From Mobula hypostoma (lineage: Eukaryota): a DNA stretch of 64,000 bases. Location: the NCBI RefSeq assembly GCF_963921235.1, contig NC_086097.1, forward strand, positions 136,712,001 through 136,776,000. Direction: 5' to 3'. The translations under genes were made by a program, and so were the position numbers. The notes below the pieces were generated by a model. It was not told the DNA's origin. It did not search any database and worked only from the letters and a program-made list of their open reading frames with translations. Of the stretch, positions 1-13,040 are shown piece by piece; positions within the stretch are counted from its first letter, which is position 1; each line of letters starts with the position of its first letter.

Positions 1-571
1 GCCAGGAAACCAAATCTTAGAAGTGGAGTGAAAAGAACATTATGTTTTCTTCCTGAGACCAAGGATGAAATTCTTTTACCCCACTAATGTCTTTCTTTGG
101 GATCATTCACTAGGTATTTTGGTACAGTATCTATATCTATTCCATCAATAAATTGTCCTCCTCCAGCTTAAACCTTCTCTTTGTATCATGAGTTACAAAC
201 TGCAGCAAGTAATTAAAGTGGTTTCATAGCATGCACACCTGTGTTCAATTGTTAATAATAGGCATATGGTAGGCAAACTGGTATTGCCAATAAGACCACT
301 GCAGCTGTTAGATATGCAATAAAATTAAACCAAGTGTGCATTCTGATCAATGGTGTTGTAACAAACATTATCATTAAGAGGAATGTGAAGGAATAACAAA
401 GGCATATCCCTCCTTTGAAAGTGGAGATTTGATCATTTTAATTACCCTACAAACATCAAACAAAACCATTTCAATTGTTAACATGTGGAATAAAGGCAGA
501 TTTAAAAAAAAATTGCAATGATTTAGAATACTTGGATAAAAACCGGGAATGTGGGATGAAAGGTAACCTAC

Positions 572-685
572 CTTGAGGTAAAACAAAGATATTTTAAATA
601 GACGCTGACTGCAAGAAACAAACGATTTATGGTTCTTTGAGATTCCATTATTCTCAAGGGTTTTTGCCACAACTTCTTTCAGCAT
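572..685 (-). CDS. MTBP: MTBP coding exon (~exon 20), [38 protein letters not shown] (C-terminal Sld7-like domain)
   Basis: ttctccttag acceptor, AAG|gtaggt donor, 114 nt. LKEVV..TL...I...H..F..CSQRLF.IS.FYLK motif. Confidence 0.95.
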
Positions 686-1861
686 CTAAGGAGAAACATG
701 AGAATGAAAATAATTAAAGCATGCATTTCCATCCTATTCCTAAACTATTCAAAGACACCAACGATGATCATTTCTAACCCATATCAAAGCATGATTCTGA
801 AAACTGTTCACATAGTTAGCTTATACTGCTTAAGTGTACAGTGCTATTCAGAAAGGGAATCTAATATTTAAGTACAACTTGGCAATGATGAGCACTAACT
901 CTAAATATTTAGGGCCAGTTTTCTTCAACAGATGTCAATATAACCTAACTAAAAGTTCCAGTAAAAACAGCATTCAATTTTGCAGTTGAGATACATTATA
1001 TAGTTGTTTGGACAGCGGTTATGGGAGAGCAACATGTATGAGTTTTAATGTTAGACAAGTTAAAAGGAAGTTTCTCAACACAGAAATTAAGATTTCTTCA
1101 GCCATTTGTGATGTGACAATCATAATCAAAGGAAGGGGGTAACCTGGTGCAGATGTGATTCAACAACAATTGAGGTAGTGCTAATGGGTTTGTTCATTGT
1201 TGTTCCCTTCTGCCATCAGATTACTGAATGGACAATGAACCAACCCATGAACAATATCTCATTATTTTTGCTCTCTTTTTGCACTACTTATTTAATTTAT
1301 TTTGATGAATATATTTCTTATCATAATTATTAATTATAATTTTATATATTGCACTGTAGTGCTATTGCAAAACAACAAATTTCACGACATAGTATGTCAG
1401 TGATGTTAAACCTGATTCTAATTCTGACGCAGGCCAGCATTTAAACTGTAGTAAAGGGCACAGTATCAGAATAAAGACTCATTCATTAAAGACTGGGACA
1501 GAAATAAGCATTTTCAATCAGAGTTTGTAGACCTTTTAAATATTCCACCTGAGGTTACAGTTGCTCAATCACTGAGCATGTTCAAGGGTAACATTTCTGA
1601 ACCCTGGGTACGAAAGAACAACATGAGAACGTGGACTTGAGTACAATATTCCATCTTAATATTGAATGATGCTGTGTTCTCCAGAAGTTCTGAGACCTGC
1701 TCGTATTCTTCCATCACAAAATCTACCGAAATCTCAAAACTGGCCTGAAGATGTCAGCATGCAAGTTCCATCAGAAGTACAAGGAATAATTACTAGGGAG
1801 CCCATCCATAAAGTGTTGTCTTCACAAATCTAAGTCTTCCAAGCATAGCAGCTTGGAGTAT

Positions 1862-2058
1862 TCAGACTGTAAGGAGTTTGTACATTCTCCCTGTGACTGT
1901 GTGGATTTCTTGTGGTTGGTCTGCTTTTCTCCCACAGTACTGGTTAGTAGGTTAATCAGTCATTTGGCTAGTGTTGAATGAGTGGGTTGCTGGGCAGCGC
2001 GGCTCATGGGGCCGGAAGGGCCTGTTCCGTGCTGTATTCCTAAATAAATAATAAAAAT
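1862..2058 (+). mobile_element. 5'-truncated V-SINE/HE1-like SINE
   Basis: Similar to 16085-16300; (AAAT)n tail. Confidence 0.7.
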
Positions 2059-2463
2059 AACAGGATGGGTAGTGAGTCGAGGGCTCTGAAAACTTTCCTT
2101 TCCTTTCTGTAACCTTAACCATTAACTCGCCAACCACCAATTCCAGGCAATACCGGCAGATATTTCCTGTATACTATGTATTGGTAAATAAATTTATATA
2201 ATATCTTCCTTCTTTCTTGACTATATGAGCATACTTCTATTGTAAAGCAATGAAAAGAGAGGAGTTCAGGTAAAAGTGAATATCACCCTATCTACCTTGC
2301 AACATAATACAAAAAATATACCACCTTCTAAGATGTAAAGAGATGTAAATAAGCCACTCTCTCTAGTAAATAAAATGCTAATAATCAAGTACATAAGCAA
2401 AGAACCAAATACATTTCTTCCCCGTTTTGAAAGTGCATGATTAAAAACCTGATACACCCTTAC

Positions 2464-2710
2464 CCTTTTGTGTTTCTGTGTTCGCTCAGTTCGCGACTCC
2501 TCTCGAACCACACTCCCGTGGCCAGGTTTTGTAGCTGTGCTCGGAACCTGGCTGCTGATCTTCTTACTGGAAGTAGGAGCAGCAGCAGCAAGCCTTTGTG
2601 CATGTCCCCGCAGAGCACCTGCCGTACGATGTATGTTACTTTCACCTCTCTGTGATGTGCGTGGCGCGATCTGAGATTTGAGGTATTCCACACTTTTGGA
2701 TTTGACTAGT
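2464..2710 (-). CDS. MTBP: MTBP coding exon (~exon 19), LVKSKSVEYLKSQ...EESRTERTQKHKR
   Basis: cttactcctag acceptor, AGG|gtaagg donor, 247 nt. Conserved ends (RLVKS.S; R.QKH.R) around a low-conservation linker. Confidence 0.9.
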
Positions 2711-3340
2711 CTAGGAGTAAGAAGTGAATGAACTCCAGCTGTAATCAGGCTTATTGGTGTACACTGCACAATCTTGGATTTTTCTCCATGTTTCTCATTT
2801 AACAAACTGCAATGCTCTACATCTTATTATTGTATATCTTGCACCTATCATAACTAGTAAAGTCAGTCTCCATATTTCCAAACAGTCATCAAGTCAAATA
2901 AAAAAAAAACCTAGCACCAGCAATTGAACAGAAATCAATTCTGTGAAGGCACAGGAGACATGAGAGACTGCAGATGCTGGAATCAGGAGCAACAATTTGC
3001 TGGAGGACCTTAGCGGGTTGCACAGAATCTATCGGGGAAAGGAATTGGCATTTCATTCCTGATGCAGGGTTTCAATCTGAAACGTCTACACTTCCTTTCT
3101 CCTCACAGGTGCTGCACAATCCACCAAGTTCCTCTGGCAGATTGTTTCTTGCTGTGAATGTACAGGGAGGCTACAGTCATCATCTGTGTACCTGAGCTTT
3201 TGAATCTGAGTTGAGCACTACTTCTGAAATGTGCTGTACACTGCTTAACAGATTGAAAACTAAATTTCTATCCTAAGTCGTTTTAAAATCAGAAAGGTAA
3301 TTTCTGATTTGAAGATCACTTGATGTTCTTACCCGTTATA

Positions 3341-3879
3341 CATTCAGTGGCCCCCTGTACCTAATAAAATGACCACTGAGTGTATGTTCGTGGTCTTCTG
3401 CTGCTGTAGTCCATCACTTCAGGGTTTGATGTGTTATGTGTTCAGAGGTGCTCTTCTGACATCACTGTTGTAACGTGTGGTTATTTGAGTTACTGTCGCT
3501 TTCCTGTCAGCTTGAACCAGTCTGGCCATTCTCCTCTGACCTCTCTTATTAACATGGCATTTTCGCCCACAGAACTGCCACTCACTGGATGCTTTGAGTT
3601 TCTCACACCATTCTCTGTAAACTCTAGAGACTCGTGTGTGAAAATCCCAATAGATCATCAGTTTCAAGATACTCAAACCACCCCATCTGGCACCAACAAT
3701 CATTCCACAGTCAAAGTCACTTATATCTCATTTCTTCCCCATTCTGATGTTTTGTCTTCAACAGCTGGACTTCTTGACCACACTTGCATGCTTTTATGCA
3801 TTGAATTGCTGCCACATGATTGGTTGATTAAATATCTGCATTAATAAGCAGGTGTACCTAATAAAGTGACCACTGTGTA
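3341..3879 (-). mobile_element. Internally deleted Tc1-like element (MITE-like), with transposase HTH remnant
   Basis: Terminal motif ...GGTGTACCTAATAAAGTGACCACTG; minus-strand remnant VSRVYREW...RGQRRMARLVQADRKATVTQITTRYN. Confidence 0.8.
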
Positions 3880-4469
3880 CATAATTTTCTACCTTACACA
3901 AAGGCAGAAGAACTACTATTTATAAGCAAGCCAAGGGTGTAGCTACATTCATCACATGGTACAACAGAAATGCAGAACTTAAAGTGAAGTAGATTTTAAA
4001 CCTTACAGGCAGTGAGTAAGACAAGAAACCAAAGAATAACCCAATACAGAGTGAAAAGTCAATCAATTACAAAACAGAACACTGATTTGCCAATTGCAAG
4101 TAACCCTTAAGACCTGTGTTCCTCTCCCTCTCTCTCCTTCCCATTCATCTCTCCTGCCCGGTTATTCCCTTTCCCATACTCCTGCCACAGCACTACCCAT
4201 CATCCACTTTCACCCCACCTTCCCCATTTGGTTCCATCCACTCACCACGCACACATTTCGCCCACAAAGCCATCTCCCATTTGGTTTCTTCTGCTTTCTT
4301 CTCTCCCCTTAATTGTTCCCATTATCACCCTTCTTACTTACCAGATTCCAGTACCGGTAATATTGTGTTCCCACTTACCACCGTCCAGCCTCTGTCTCCA
4401 CTCTGCACCTCTCACTCCCAACCTCGCTGCCCATCATCCTTCACACTTCCTCGATCCAATTATACACAG

Positions 4470-4905
4470 TAAGAATAGGAGCAGAATTAGGCCATTTGGC
4501 CCATCAGATCTGCTGTGCATCCAATCATGGTGGATTTATTTTCCCACTCAACTCCATTCTACTGCTTTCTCCCCATAAACTTTGATCCCCCCCCCCTACT
4601 AAACAAGAAGCTATAAACCTCCACTTTAAATATACCCAATGACTTGGCCTCCACGACCACCTTTGGCAATGAATTCCACAAATTCACCACCCTGAAGTTA
4701 AAGAAATTTCTCCTCATCGTTGTTCTAAATGGACATCCTTGTATTCTGAGTCTGTGCCCAATGGGGCTAGACTCTCACACTATTTGAAATATGCTCTCCA
4801 CGTACACTCTATCTTGGCCTTTCAATATTTAGCAGGTATCAATGAGATCCCTCCCTCATTCTTCTAAACGCCAGGGAGTACAGACCCAGAGTTATCAAAT
4901 TCCCT
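4470..4905 (-). mobile_element. CR1/HER1-type LINE 3' fragment
   Basis: Similar to the CR1 3' ends at 8995-9400, 43130-43540 and 54745-55200. Confidence 0.8.
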
Positions 4906-5371
4906 GAACTCTGTGTCAGGGTCCCCACTCAAAATGTTGACAATTGCTTTCCCATCACAGATGCGGCTGTTCCAACTGCTGCTGCATCAGTAAGCTTATC
5001 TAGCAGTTTAATTTTGCTCCAGATTTTAGCATCTGCAGTCTCCAAAAAACAATTGCAGGATATGTGTGGTTCTTCTGCTGATACCAGGATTGTTATGAGT
5101 ATTTGATTCACAACAGGGATGTTAATATCAAAGCAGGATGGAGTGAAACAAAATAATAATAGTTTTACCATACCTGATTATGGTTTTATACAAGATATTG
5201 AAAATCATAAAAATGGCAAGCCAGAATCAGAAAATGATGAAACCATGAGCAAGGAAGGCAAAAACATCTCCTATGTTTTAGAAATCATCCTTTGTAATAC
5301 CTGTGCCTCGGACATTAGCAATTTCCCTTTCCTCACTGGTCTAGCCTGCCACATGACTATTTACAGGTTAC

Positions 5372-5647
5372 CTTTTGCTTGGATGGAGACATTCCACTTT
5401 CTTTGATCTTTGTTTCTGTTCACATCTATCAGTACGTTTCTTCAGGGTGGTGCTTTGCAAAGCTTCTCCATCTGGTGCACTTCCAGGCTCTGACAGCACT
5501 ACTGGAGATGGCAGGGGGCTTAATCTATAAACAACAGGACAGTGCTCCCTCGAACACGTTGTGTTGGTTTCATAACGGATAAGGCGAGACTGAAGCTTCC
5601 CAAATCCAATGTCTTTTTCAAGTGCTCTGCTGTGGTCTAGGCAATAC
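5372..5647 (-). CDS. MTBP: MTBP coding exon (~exon 18), [34 protein letters not shown]...[20 protein letters not shown]...CLHPSK(R)
   Basis: Within ORF 5368-5664; attgcag acceptor, AG|gtaacc donor, 276 nt. [10 protein letters not shown] and LSPLPSP motifs are characteristic of MTBP. Confidence 0.95.
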
Positions 5648-6337
5648 CTGCAATGTTCATCCAAAATCCATTACAGACTAATTTAAAAATTTGACAGACC
5701 TGTCATCTATTGTGCACACATACAAAACTGTTGATCACTTAAGAGGTGTCAGCTAAAAACCAGATGGCTGAACCTCTTAAGCCTCTAGGCAGCATCCCAT
5801 GTGAAACCCATGTCTAGCCTTAAATACTGAGGGCAGACCCCAGCAGGGACCAAGGAAGCGTAAAGGTGATTATCATCTTTTTTGTTTATGAATCTATTAA
5901 ACACCATTAAAAATCAGGCATCACTACAATTTGAGGGGAGAAGGTGAAGGCAATTTAAATGAAATATGCACAAAGCAAGCAGAATTATACAGGAGTCTGC
6001 TATAGGGAGCAGTAGAGAGCAGATCTGTGTGGCAGATGATGAAATCAGCAATTACGGGATCTAAGTGAAGTGCAACGATTTTCTGAGAGGAATTCAGTCA
6101 CATGGGTTGTCTAATTTCTTCTGCTCATTACAGCATTATGCTTTGTGGCAAGATACAGAGCACCTACTTCAACCAGTTAGAGATAGGAAGGGTGCCTTAT
6201 CAATGCAGGCTGTTGTGTTGGTGTTCACTTGTTTCTTCTTGCTCTTTTAAGCATATGCACATTAGTATAAGATTATCATCTGGGAGCAGGTCACTTTCTA
6301 GCATTATGTGGTAAAAGGGAGCCAAGCTGTTATGCAA

Positions 6338-6538
6338 ACAACAGGAATTCTGCAGATGCTGGAAATTCAAGCAACACACATCAAAGTTGCTGGTGAACGC
6401 AGCAGGCCAGGCAGCATCTCTAGGAAGAGATGTAGTCGACGTTTCAGGCCGAGTCTCAGCCTGAAACGTCGACTGCACCTCTTCCTAGAGATGCTGCCTG
6501 GCCTGCTGCATTCACCAGCAACTTTGATGTGTGCTGCT
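6338..6538. mobile_element. Palindromic Penelope-terminal-repeat-derived insertion with 16-bp TSD
   Basis: CCAAGCTGTTATGCAA at 6322-6337 and 6539-6554; ~75-nt inverted arms; arm sequence resembles the terminus of the Penelope element at 31850-31960. Confidence 0.85.
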
Positions 6539-6736
6539 CCAAGCTGTTATGCAATATTTTGCGCAGGGGATGACTACACCAGTGTAGGGACCAAAGAACC
6601 AGAAATATAAACTGATGCTAACAAGTACACTATTTCTCTGGCATTGCTTATCACTTGCAGTTTACCGATGATAAGAAATTAAACCTAGCAACTAAAATAT
6701 TATATTATTTTCACACTTTTAGAACAGTATACTTAC

Positions 6737-6832
6737 TCAACTCCATGGTAATAACATTCAGTAGCCTTCTCAAAAGGTAGACCTCTCAGCTTCTGTATGG
6801 TCATCTCTGGGGTCAGTGCAAACTCATTTTCA
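6737..6832 (-). CDS. MTBP: MTBP coding exon (~exon 17), [31 protein letters not shown](E)
   Basis: ttccacttcag acceptor, GA|gtaagt donor, 96 nt. LTPE and LPFEKA..C.YHG.E motifs. Confidence 0.93.
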
Positions 6833-7580
6833 CTGAAGTGGAAGAAGTGTGCATTTAATGTTACAGTATTAAGGTTTGTCAAATAATATATTTCTTAGTA
6901 TGTTCTTCAGTCGTAACATAAGCATATTGAGCAGTACGAAGTGCTGGTAAATGATATATTTAATTGAACAAAATTGGATAATTTTACAGTATGCAATCAT
7001 AGGGTGTAATAAGTTTTGTAAAAGGCCAGCTTTTCATGAATAGTTGTGAAAATATTAGGTTGATGGTTTACCAGTTAAATTGTTGACAGGAAATAAAAAT
7101 GAAAAGTTAAGAAGAAATAAATATCGCCATTCAGACTATTATGATGATAACAAGCTGCAAAAGTTAACAATAGCACTTGTCATGGTCCTTGCACTTCATT
7201 TGTCTAGCTGCACTGCATTTTCTCTTTAACTAAATACTGTATTCTGCATTCACTTTCCTTTTTACTACATTGATGTACTTCTGAAATGCATTTGCATATG
7301 GAATGATAAGTGTGGATGATATACAAACAAAAGCTTTTCACTGTATCTCGGTACATAATTAAACCCAACATTGTTTTATTTCCCCTTCCACTTCTCCTGA
7401 TGTCATTGTCAGTTGAACAGTTAGTACTTGAAATAATAAACATTTTCCCTGCTTCTTAGCCCACAGCTGCAAATCTTTCTGTCTTCCCGATCTCTGTCAG
7501 ATTTTTCATATTTGTAAGAAACTTTCTTACTTTGCCTCAAAACATCCCAGAAATAAATAGGAAAAACGAGATTGACTTAC

Positions 7581-7739
7581 CCTCTCTGTATTGTTAAAGG
7601 CTGGAGCTCAACAATGGGTAAGCCCTCAGGTGTAAAGTACTTTAGCAGCTCCTTGGCATCAAGCTGCATTGGAAGTGGTCTTTGGCCTCCCTTGAGTCCC
7701 AAAAGAGTCTCAGATGAGCTTGCCAATATGGATCCAGAC
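7581..7739 (-). CDS. MTBP: MTBP coding exon (~exon 16), [52 protein letters not shown](G)
   Basis: gcatccag acceptor, GG|gtaagt donor, 159 nt. [19 protein letters not shown] motif. Confidence 0.94.
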
Positions 7740-8994
7740 CTGGATGCAAATAAAGTTCAGAAATTAAACATTCCAGCAAAATGTCCTGCAAATCCATAGC
7801 ATATTTATTTGGTTCAGGACACCTCAAATATTTCATAGTCAGTATAATGCAGTGTAACAACTGAGTAATGTCAAAAATATAAATACTGTACCTTTCTGAA
7901 GGTGAAGCTCAAGTAATTAATAATTTCAATATCTTTTATTGTCACTTTGTTGGACAACAATCATATCACCCTCAGTCAGCTCACAGTGCTAGCACTATCC
8001 ACTATGGCTTCTCACATTTTTAAACTCAAATTGGAATGGAAAGCTGCAACAATGAAGTGTTTATATCGCCACTACTTAACTATTGATCAAAAAGGACAAT
8101 ATAAAAGTCAAGTAACAGTAATTCAGGATTCAAGGTTCGAGATTGGTTAATGTTATTTCCAGTATACAAATGTAAAGGAGAACAAAATTTTCCAGATCTG
8201 AAAACAATTAAGATAAATTGAATTGAAGAAAAAAAGTAAAAATGTGACATGACAACATTAATCTGCACTGTACCTGTAATTAGGAAAGATGGATTAATGT
8301 GTCTATTCAAGATATCAGCAGTGCTGGGGAAAGAATGTTTTTTGCTGGCAACACAAACGATGTTCCACAAAATTCCACTTTGGACACATGGCTCTATTTC
8401 AACTGATAAGATGAACTTTCAGATATGGAGTTCAACAGCCACACTGTGATACATCACTCATTCAGTACATGCAAAGGTTGTCAGATTTCTACCTCCTGCT
8501 ACAAACAATCTGCTGGAGGAATCCATAGAAACAAAAGAGACCGCAGGTGCTGGAAACTGGAGCAACACACAATTGATTGCTGCAAGTTATTTTCAGCTCC
8601 AGATTCCAGCATCTGCAGTCTCTTATGTTTCCTGTTTCCTGCTTATGTCTCGAATTTCTTCAGCTACTTGCCACATCTGCAGCTTCTAAACAGACCTTGC
8701 CATGTTAAATAAAACTTACTCTAGTCATCATTTGGCTGGCAGCCATTTCTGGTAATTTTTAAAATTGTTTATGTGGAGAATATTGCATGGGGCTAAATAA
8801 TATAACAGTTTAAAAATTGTAAAGCTAGTTTAATCATGAAAAAAAACTGCACACTACAGAAATCTGAAATTTAAAAATGCAAGATACTGGGAATACTCAG
8901 CAGATCAGGCAGTGTCTGTGGAGAAAGAAAAACACTTAATGTTTCAAGTTGATCGCCCTTCGTCAGATGTGAAAGAATGATGTGCTTCACTTAG

Positions 8995-10372
8995 ACCACA
9001 AGAGCATAAGGCATAGGAGCAGAATGAAGCTTTATGGCCCATTGAGTCTGCTCCACCATGGCTGATTTATTTTCCCTCTCAGTCCCATTCTCCTGCCTTC
9101 TCCCTGTAACCTTTGACGCCCTTACTAATCAAGAATCTGTCAACCTCTGCTTTAAAAATACCCAATGACTTAGACCACACAGTCATCTGTGGTGATAAAT
9201 TATAGATTCACCTAAAGCAATTCCTCCTCATCTCTGTTCTAAAGGGACGTCCTAATATTCTGGTCCTAGACTTTTCTACTATTAGAAACATCCCATCCAC
9301 ATCCACTTTATCTAGGTTTCCCAATATTCAGTAGTGTTCAATGAGATCACCCTCATTCTCCTAAACACCAGTGAGTACATGCCCAGAGCCATCAAATGCT
9401 CCACATACATCGTCCCTTTTATTCCCAAGATCATTTTCATAAACCTCCTCTGGACCTACTCCAATGCCAGCACATCCTTTCTAGATAGAAAGCCTGAAAC
9501 AGCTTTGAATACTCCAAATGTAGTCTGACCAATCCCTTAGAAAGCCTCAGCTTTACATTTGCCATCCTTACTCCCAACTCAACCTGCAAGTTGACCTTTA
9601 GGAAATTCTGCACGAGGACTCACAATTCCTTCTGCACCCCTGATTTCTGAATTCTCCACCTGTTTAAATAGTCTACTCCTTCCTTTATGCCTCGACCAAA
9701 GTACATGACAATACACTTTCCTACACTGTATTCCACTGCCACTTCTTTGTCCATTCTTCTAATTTGTCCAAGTCCTTCTGCATACTTCTTGCTTCCTCAA
9801 CACTTCCTGCCCCTCCACCAATCTTTGTATCATCCGCAGACTTGGTCAGAAACTCATAAATTCCATCATCCAAATCAGTGCCATAAAATGAATGTGAAAA
9901 TAAAGCTGTCCCAACACCAACCACCGTCGAACACCTCTAATCACTGACACCCAACCCAATAAGACCCCCATTATTCTCACTCTTTGCATTCTGCCAGTCA
10001 GCCAATCTTCCGTCCGTGATAATATCTTTCCTACCATGGGCTTTTATCTTGTTAAGCAGCCTCATGTGTGGCACAGTCCTTCTGAAAATCCAAATAAACA
10101 ACACTCACTGACTCTCCTTTGTCTGTTCTGCTATTACTTCCTCCAAGAATTCCAACAGATTTGTTGTGCAAGATTTCCCCTAAAGGAAACCATGCTGACT
10201 TTGGCCTATTTTGTTGTTTGCATCCAAGAACCCTGACACCTCATCCTTAACAATGGACTCTAACATCTTGCCAACCACTGAAGTTAGGATACCTGGCCTA
10301 TAATTTTCCGTGTTTTGCCTTCCTCCTTTCTTAAAGAGTGGAGTGACATTTGCAATTTTCATACCTGCCAAT
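8995..10372 (-). mobile_element. Decayed CR1-type LINE (RT region and 3' UTR)
   Basis: Minus-strand remnants KIANVTPLFKKGGRQ.TENYRP..LTSVVGKMLESI, QHGF, ADDTKIGG, QKDLD.L.EW..KWQ. Confidence 0.9.
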
Positions 10373-10422
10373 TTCTAACTGGATTATAAAATCATCTACA
10401 TTATATACTACATGTATTCATA

Positions 10423-12032
10423 CAGTGGCATGCAAAAGTTTGGGCACCCCTGGTCAATATTTCTGTTACTGTGAATAGTTAAGTGAGTAGAAGATGAACT
10501 GATCTCCAAAAGTCATAAAGTTAAAGATGAAACATTCTTTTCAACATTTTAAGCAAGATTAGTGTATCATTTTTGTTTCGTACAATTTTAGTGAAAAAAA
10601 AAAGAAAGGAGCACCATGCAAAAGTTTGGGCACCCCAAGAGATTTGAGCTCTCAGATAACTTTTACCAAGGTCTCAGACCTTAATTAGCTTGTTAGGGTT
10701 ATGGCTTGTTCACAGTCATCATTAGGATAGGCCAGCTGATGCAAATTTCAAAGCTTTATAAATACCCTGACTCCTCAAGCCTTGTCCCAACAATCAGCAG
10801 CCATGGGCTCCTCTAAGCAGCTGCCTAGCATTCTGAAAATTAAAATAAATGATGCCCACAAAGCAGGAGAAGGCTATAAGAAGATAGCAAAGTGTTTTCA
10901 GGTAGCCATTTCCTCAGTTTGTAATGTAATTAAGAAATGGCAGTTAACAGGAACGGTGGAGGTCAAGTTGAGGTCTGGAAGACCAAGAAAACTTTCCGAG
11001 AGAACTGCTCGTAGGATTGCTAGAAAGGCAAATCAAAACCCCCGTTTGACTGCAAAAGACCTTCAGGAAGATTTAGCAGACTCTGGTGTGGTGGTGCACT
11101 GTTCTACCGTGCAGCGACACCTGCACAAATATGACCTTCATGGAAGGATCAACAGAAGAAAACCTTTCCTGTGTCCTCACCACAAAATTCAGCATCAGAA
11201 GTTTCCAAAGGAACATCTAAACTAGCCTGATGCATTTTGGAAACAAGTCCTGTGGACTGATGAAGTTAAAATAGAACTCTTTGGGTGCAATGAGCAAAGG
11301 TATGTTTGGAGAAAAAAGGGTGCAGAATTTTATGAAAAGAACACCTCTCCAACTGTTAAGCACGGGGGTGGTTCGATCATGATTTGGGCTTGTGTTACAG
11401 CCAGTGGCATGGGGAACATTTCACTGGCAGAGGGAAGAATGAATTCAATTAAATACCAGCAAATTCTGGAAGCAAACATCACATTGTCTGTAAAAAAGCC
11501 AAAGATGAAAAAAGGATGGCTTCTACAACAGGATAATGATCCTAATCACACCTCAAAATCCACAATGGACTACCTCAAGAGGCGCAAGCTGAAGGTTTTG
11601 CCATGGCCCTCACAGTCCCCCGACCTAAACATCATCGAAAATTTGTGGATAGATCTCAAGAGAGCAGTGCATGCAATACGGCCCAAGAATCTCACAGAAC
11701 TAGAAGCCTTTTGCAAGGAAGAATGGGCGAAAATCCCCCAAACAAGAATTGAAAGACTCTTAGCTGGCTACAGAAAGCATTTACAAGCTGTGATACTTGC
11801 CAAAGGGGGTGTTACTAAGTACTGACCATGCAGGGTGCCCAAACTTTTGCTTCGGGCTCTTTTCCTTTTTTGTTATTTTGAAATTGTAAAAGATGGAAAT
11901 AAAAAAGTAATCTTGCTTAAAACATTAAAGAAATGTGTCATCTTTAACTTTATGCTTTTTGGAAATCAGGTCATCTTTTACTTGCACATTAACAGAAATT
12001 TTGACCAGTGGTGCCCAAACTGCATGCCACTG
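10423..12032 (+). mobile_element. Full-length Tc1-family DNA transposon (IR/DR type)
   Basis: TA at 10421-22 and 12033-34; terminal inverted repeats CAGTGGCATGCA..GTTTGGGCACC; the TIR motif recurs internally near 10616-10636 and 11833-11850; encloses a transposase frame. Confidence 0.95.
10803..11825 (+). pseudogene. Tc1 transposase, 340 codons, DD34E, single in-frame TAG at 11223-11225
   Basis: ORFs 10782-11225 and 11379-11825 are in the same frame with no other stop. GRPRK, WTDE, VKHGGGSIM.W, QDND and WPSQSPDLNIIE motifs; 34 residues between the second D and the E. Confidence 0.93.
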
Positions 12033-12439
12033 TACATAAACACCTTCAGAGGAAGTCAGCGGGTCAGGCAGCATCTATGGAAATAAATAAACAGTCATCG
12101 CTTTGGGGAGAGACCATTCTTCGGGACTGGACGGGAAGGGGAATGATGTCTGAATAAAAAGGTGGGGAAGGGGAAGGAGGACTAGTTTGAAGGTGATAGG
12201 TGAAACAAGGTGGTTGAGAAAGGTAAAGGGCTGGAGAAGAAGATATCTGATAGAAGAGGAGATTGGACCATGGGAGAAAGCGAAGAAGTAGGGATACCAG
12301 GGGGAGATAATAGGCAGGTGATAGGCCAGAGTTAAGGTGTTCTGGATTTCCAGTATCTGCAGAATCTCTCATATTTATAATATCTTCACCACCCTTCTTT
12401 TCAATACCATCCTGTATTCACCCCTCTTCTTTTCAAATT

Positions 12440-13040
12440 TGATTCCATGTTGCCTGAACTTTAAGTTCTTAACCCTTTCTAAACTTTTTGTCTTATTCTT
12501 TATGCAAGAGACTTCAGTGACCTCCCCTGCACTCTCCTTCCATTTTACCTTATGCATACTCTTTTAAGCTGTTGAACCCCCCACCTGACTGCAGTTTGAA
12601 GCCCGAGTTGCTGGATTCATTCACCAGGATTGTAGTCCCAGCATGGTTCAAGTGGAGGCTGTCCTATCATAACAGCTCCCCGCTTCCCCAAACTGTTGAC
12701 AATGTCCTAAGAAATAAAACCCTCTTCTCCCACACCAATCTTTGAACCATGCATTTAGCTCTCTGATCTTATTAACCCTATGCCAATTTGAATGTGGTTT
12801 GTTACCTTTTTGGCTCTGCATTTTAATTTAGCCCCTAGTTTCTCATTGGTACCCCCATGGATGATGACAACTGATCTTTTCTCTCCAACTCCAAATTTCT
12901 CCACAGGTCAATTGAGGGGTCCAAAATCCAGGCACCAGGCAGATAATACAGCCTTCTTGACACTTGATCCTTGCGACAGAATTGGGTCTGTTCCCCTGAC
13001 TATACTAAGCCCAATTACAATTCCCTATGTTGTCTATCTC
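12440..13040 (-). mobile_element. CR1-type LINE 5' fragment (ORF1 esterase-like remnant)
   Basis: Minus-strand translation near 12615-12665 gives DSLHLNHAGTTILVN, like the DG(L/V)HLN..G motif of CR1 ORF1 SGNH esterases. Confidence 0.6.

Noticed and set aside
5119..5406. 95-aa plus-strand ORF with protein-like composition
   Set aside because: No recognisable similarity or splice structure; antisense to an MTBP intron and exon edge.
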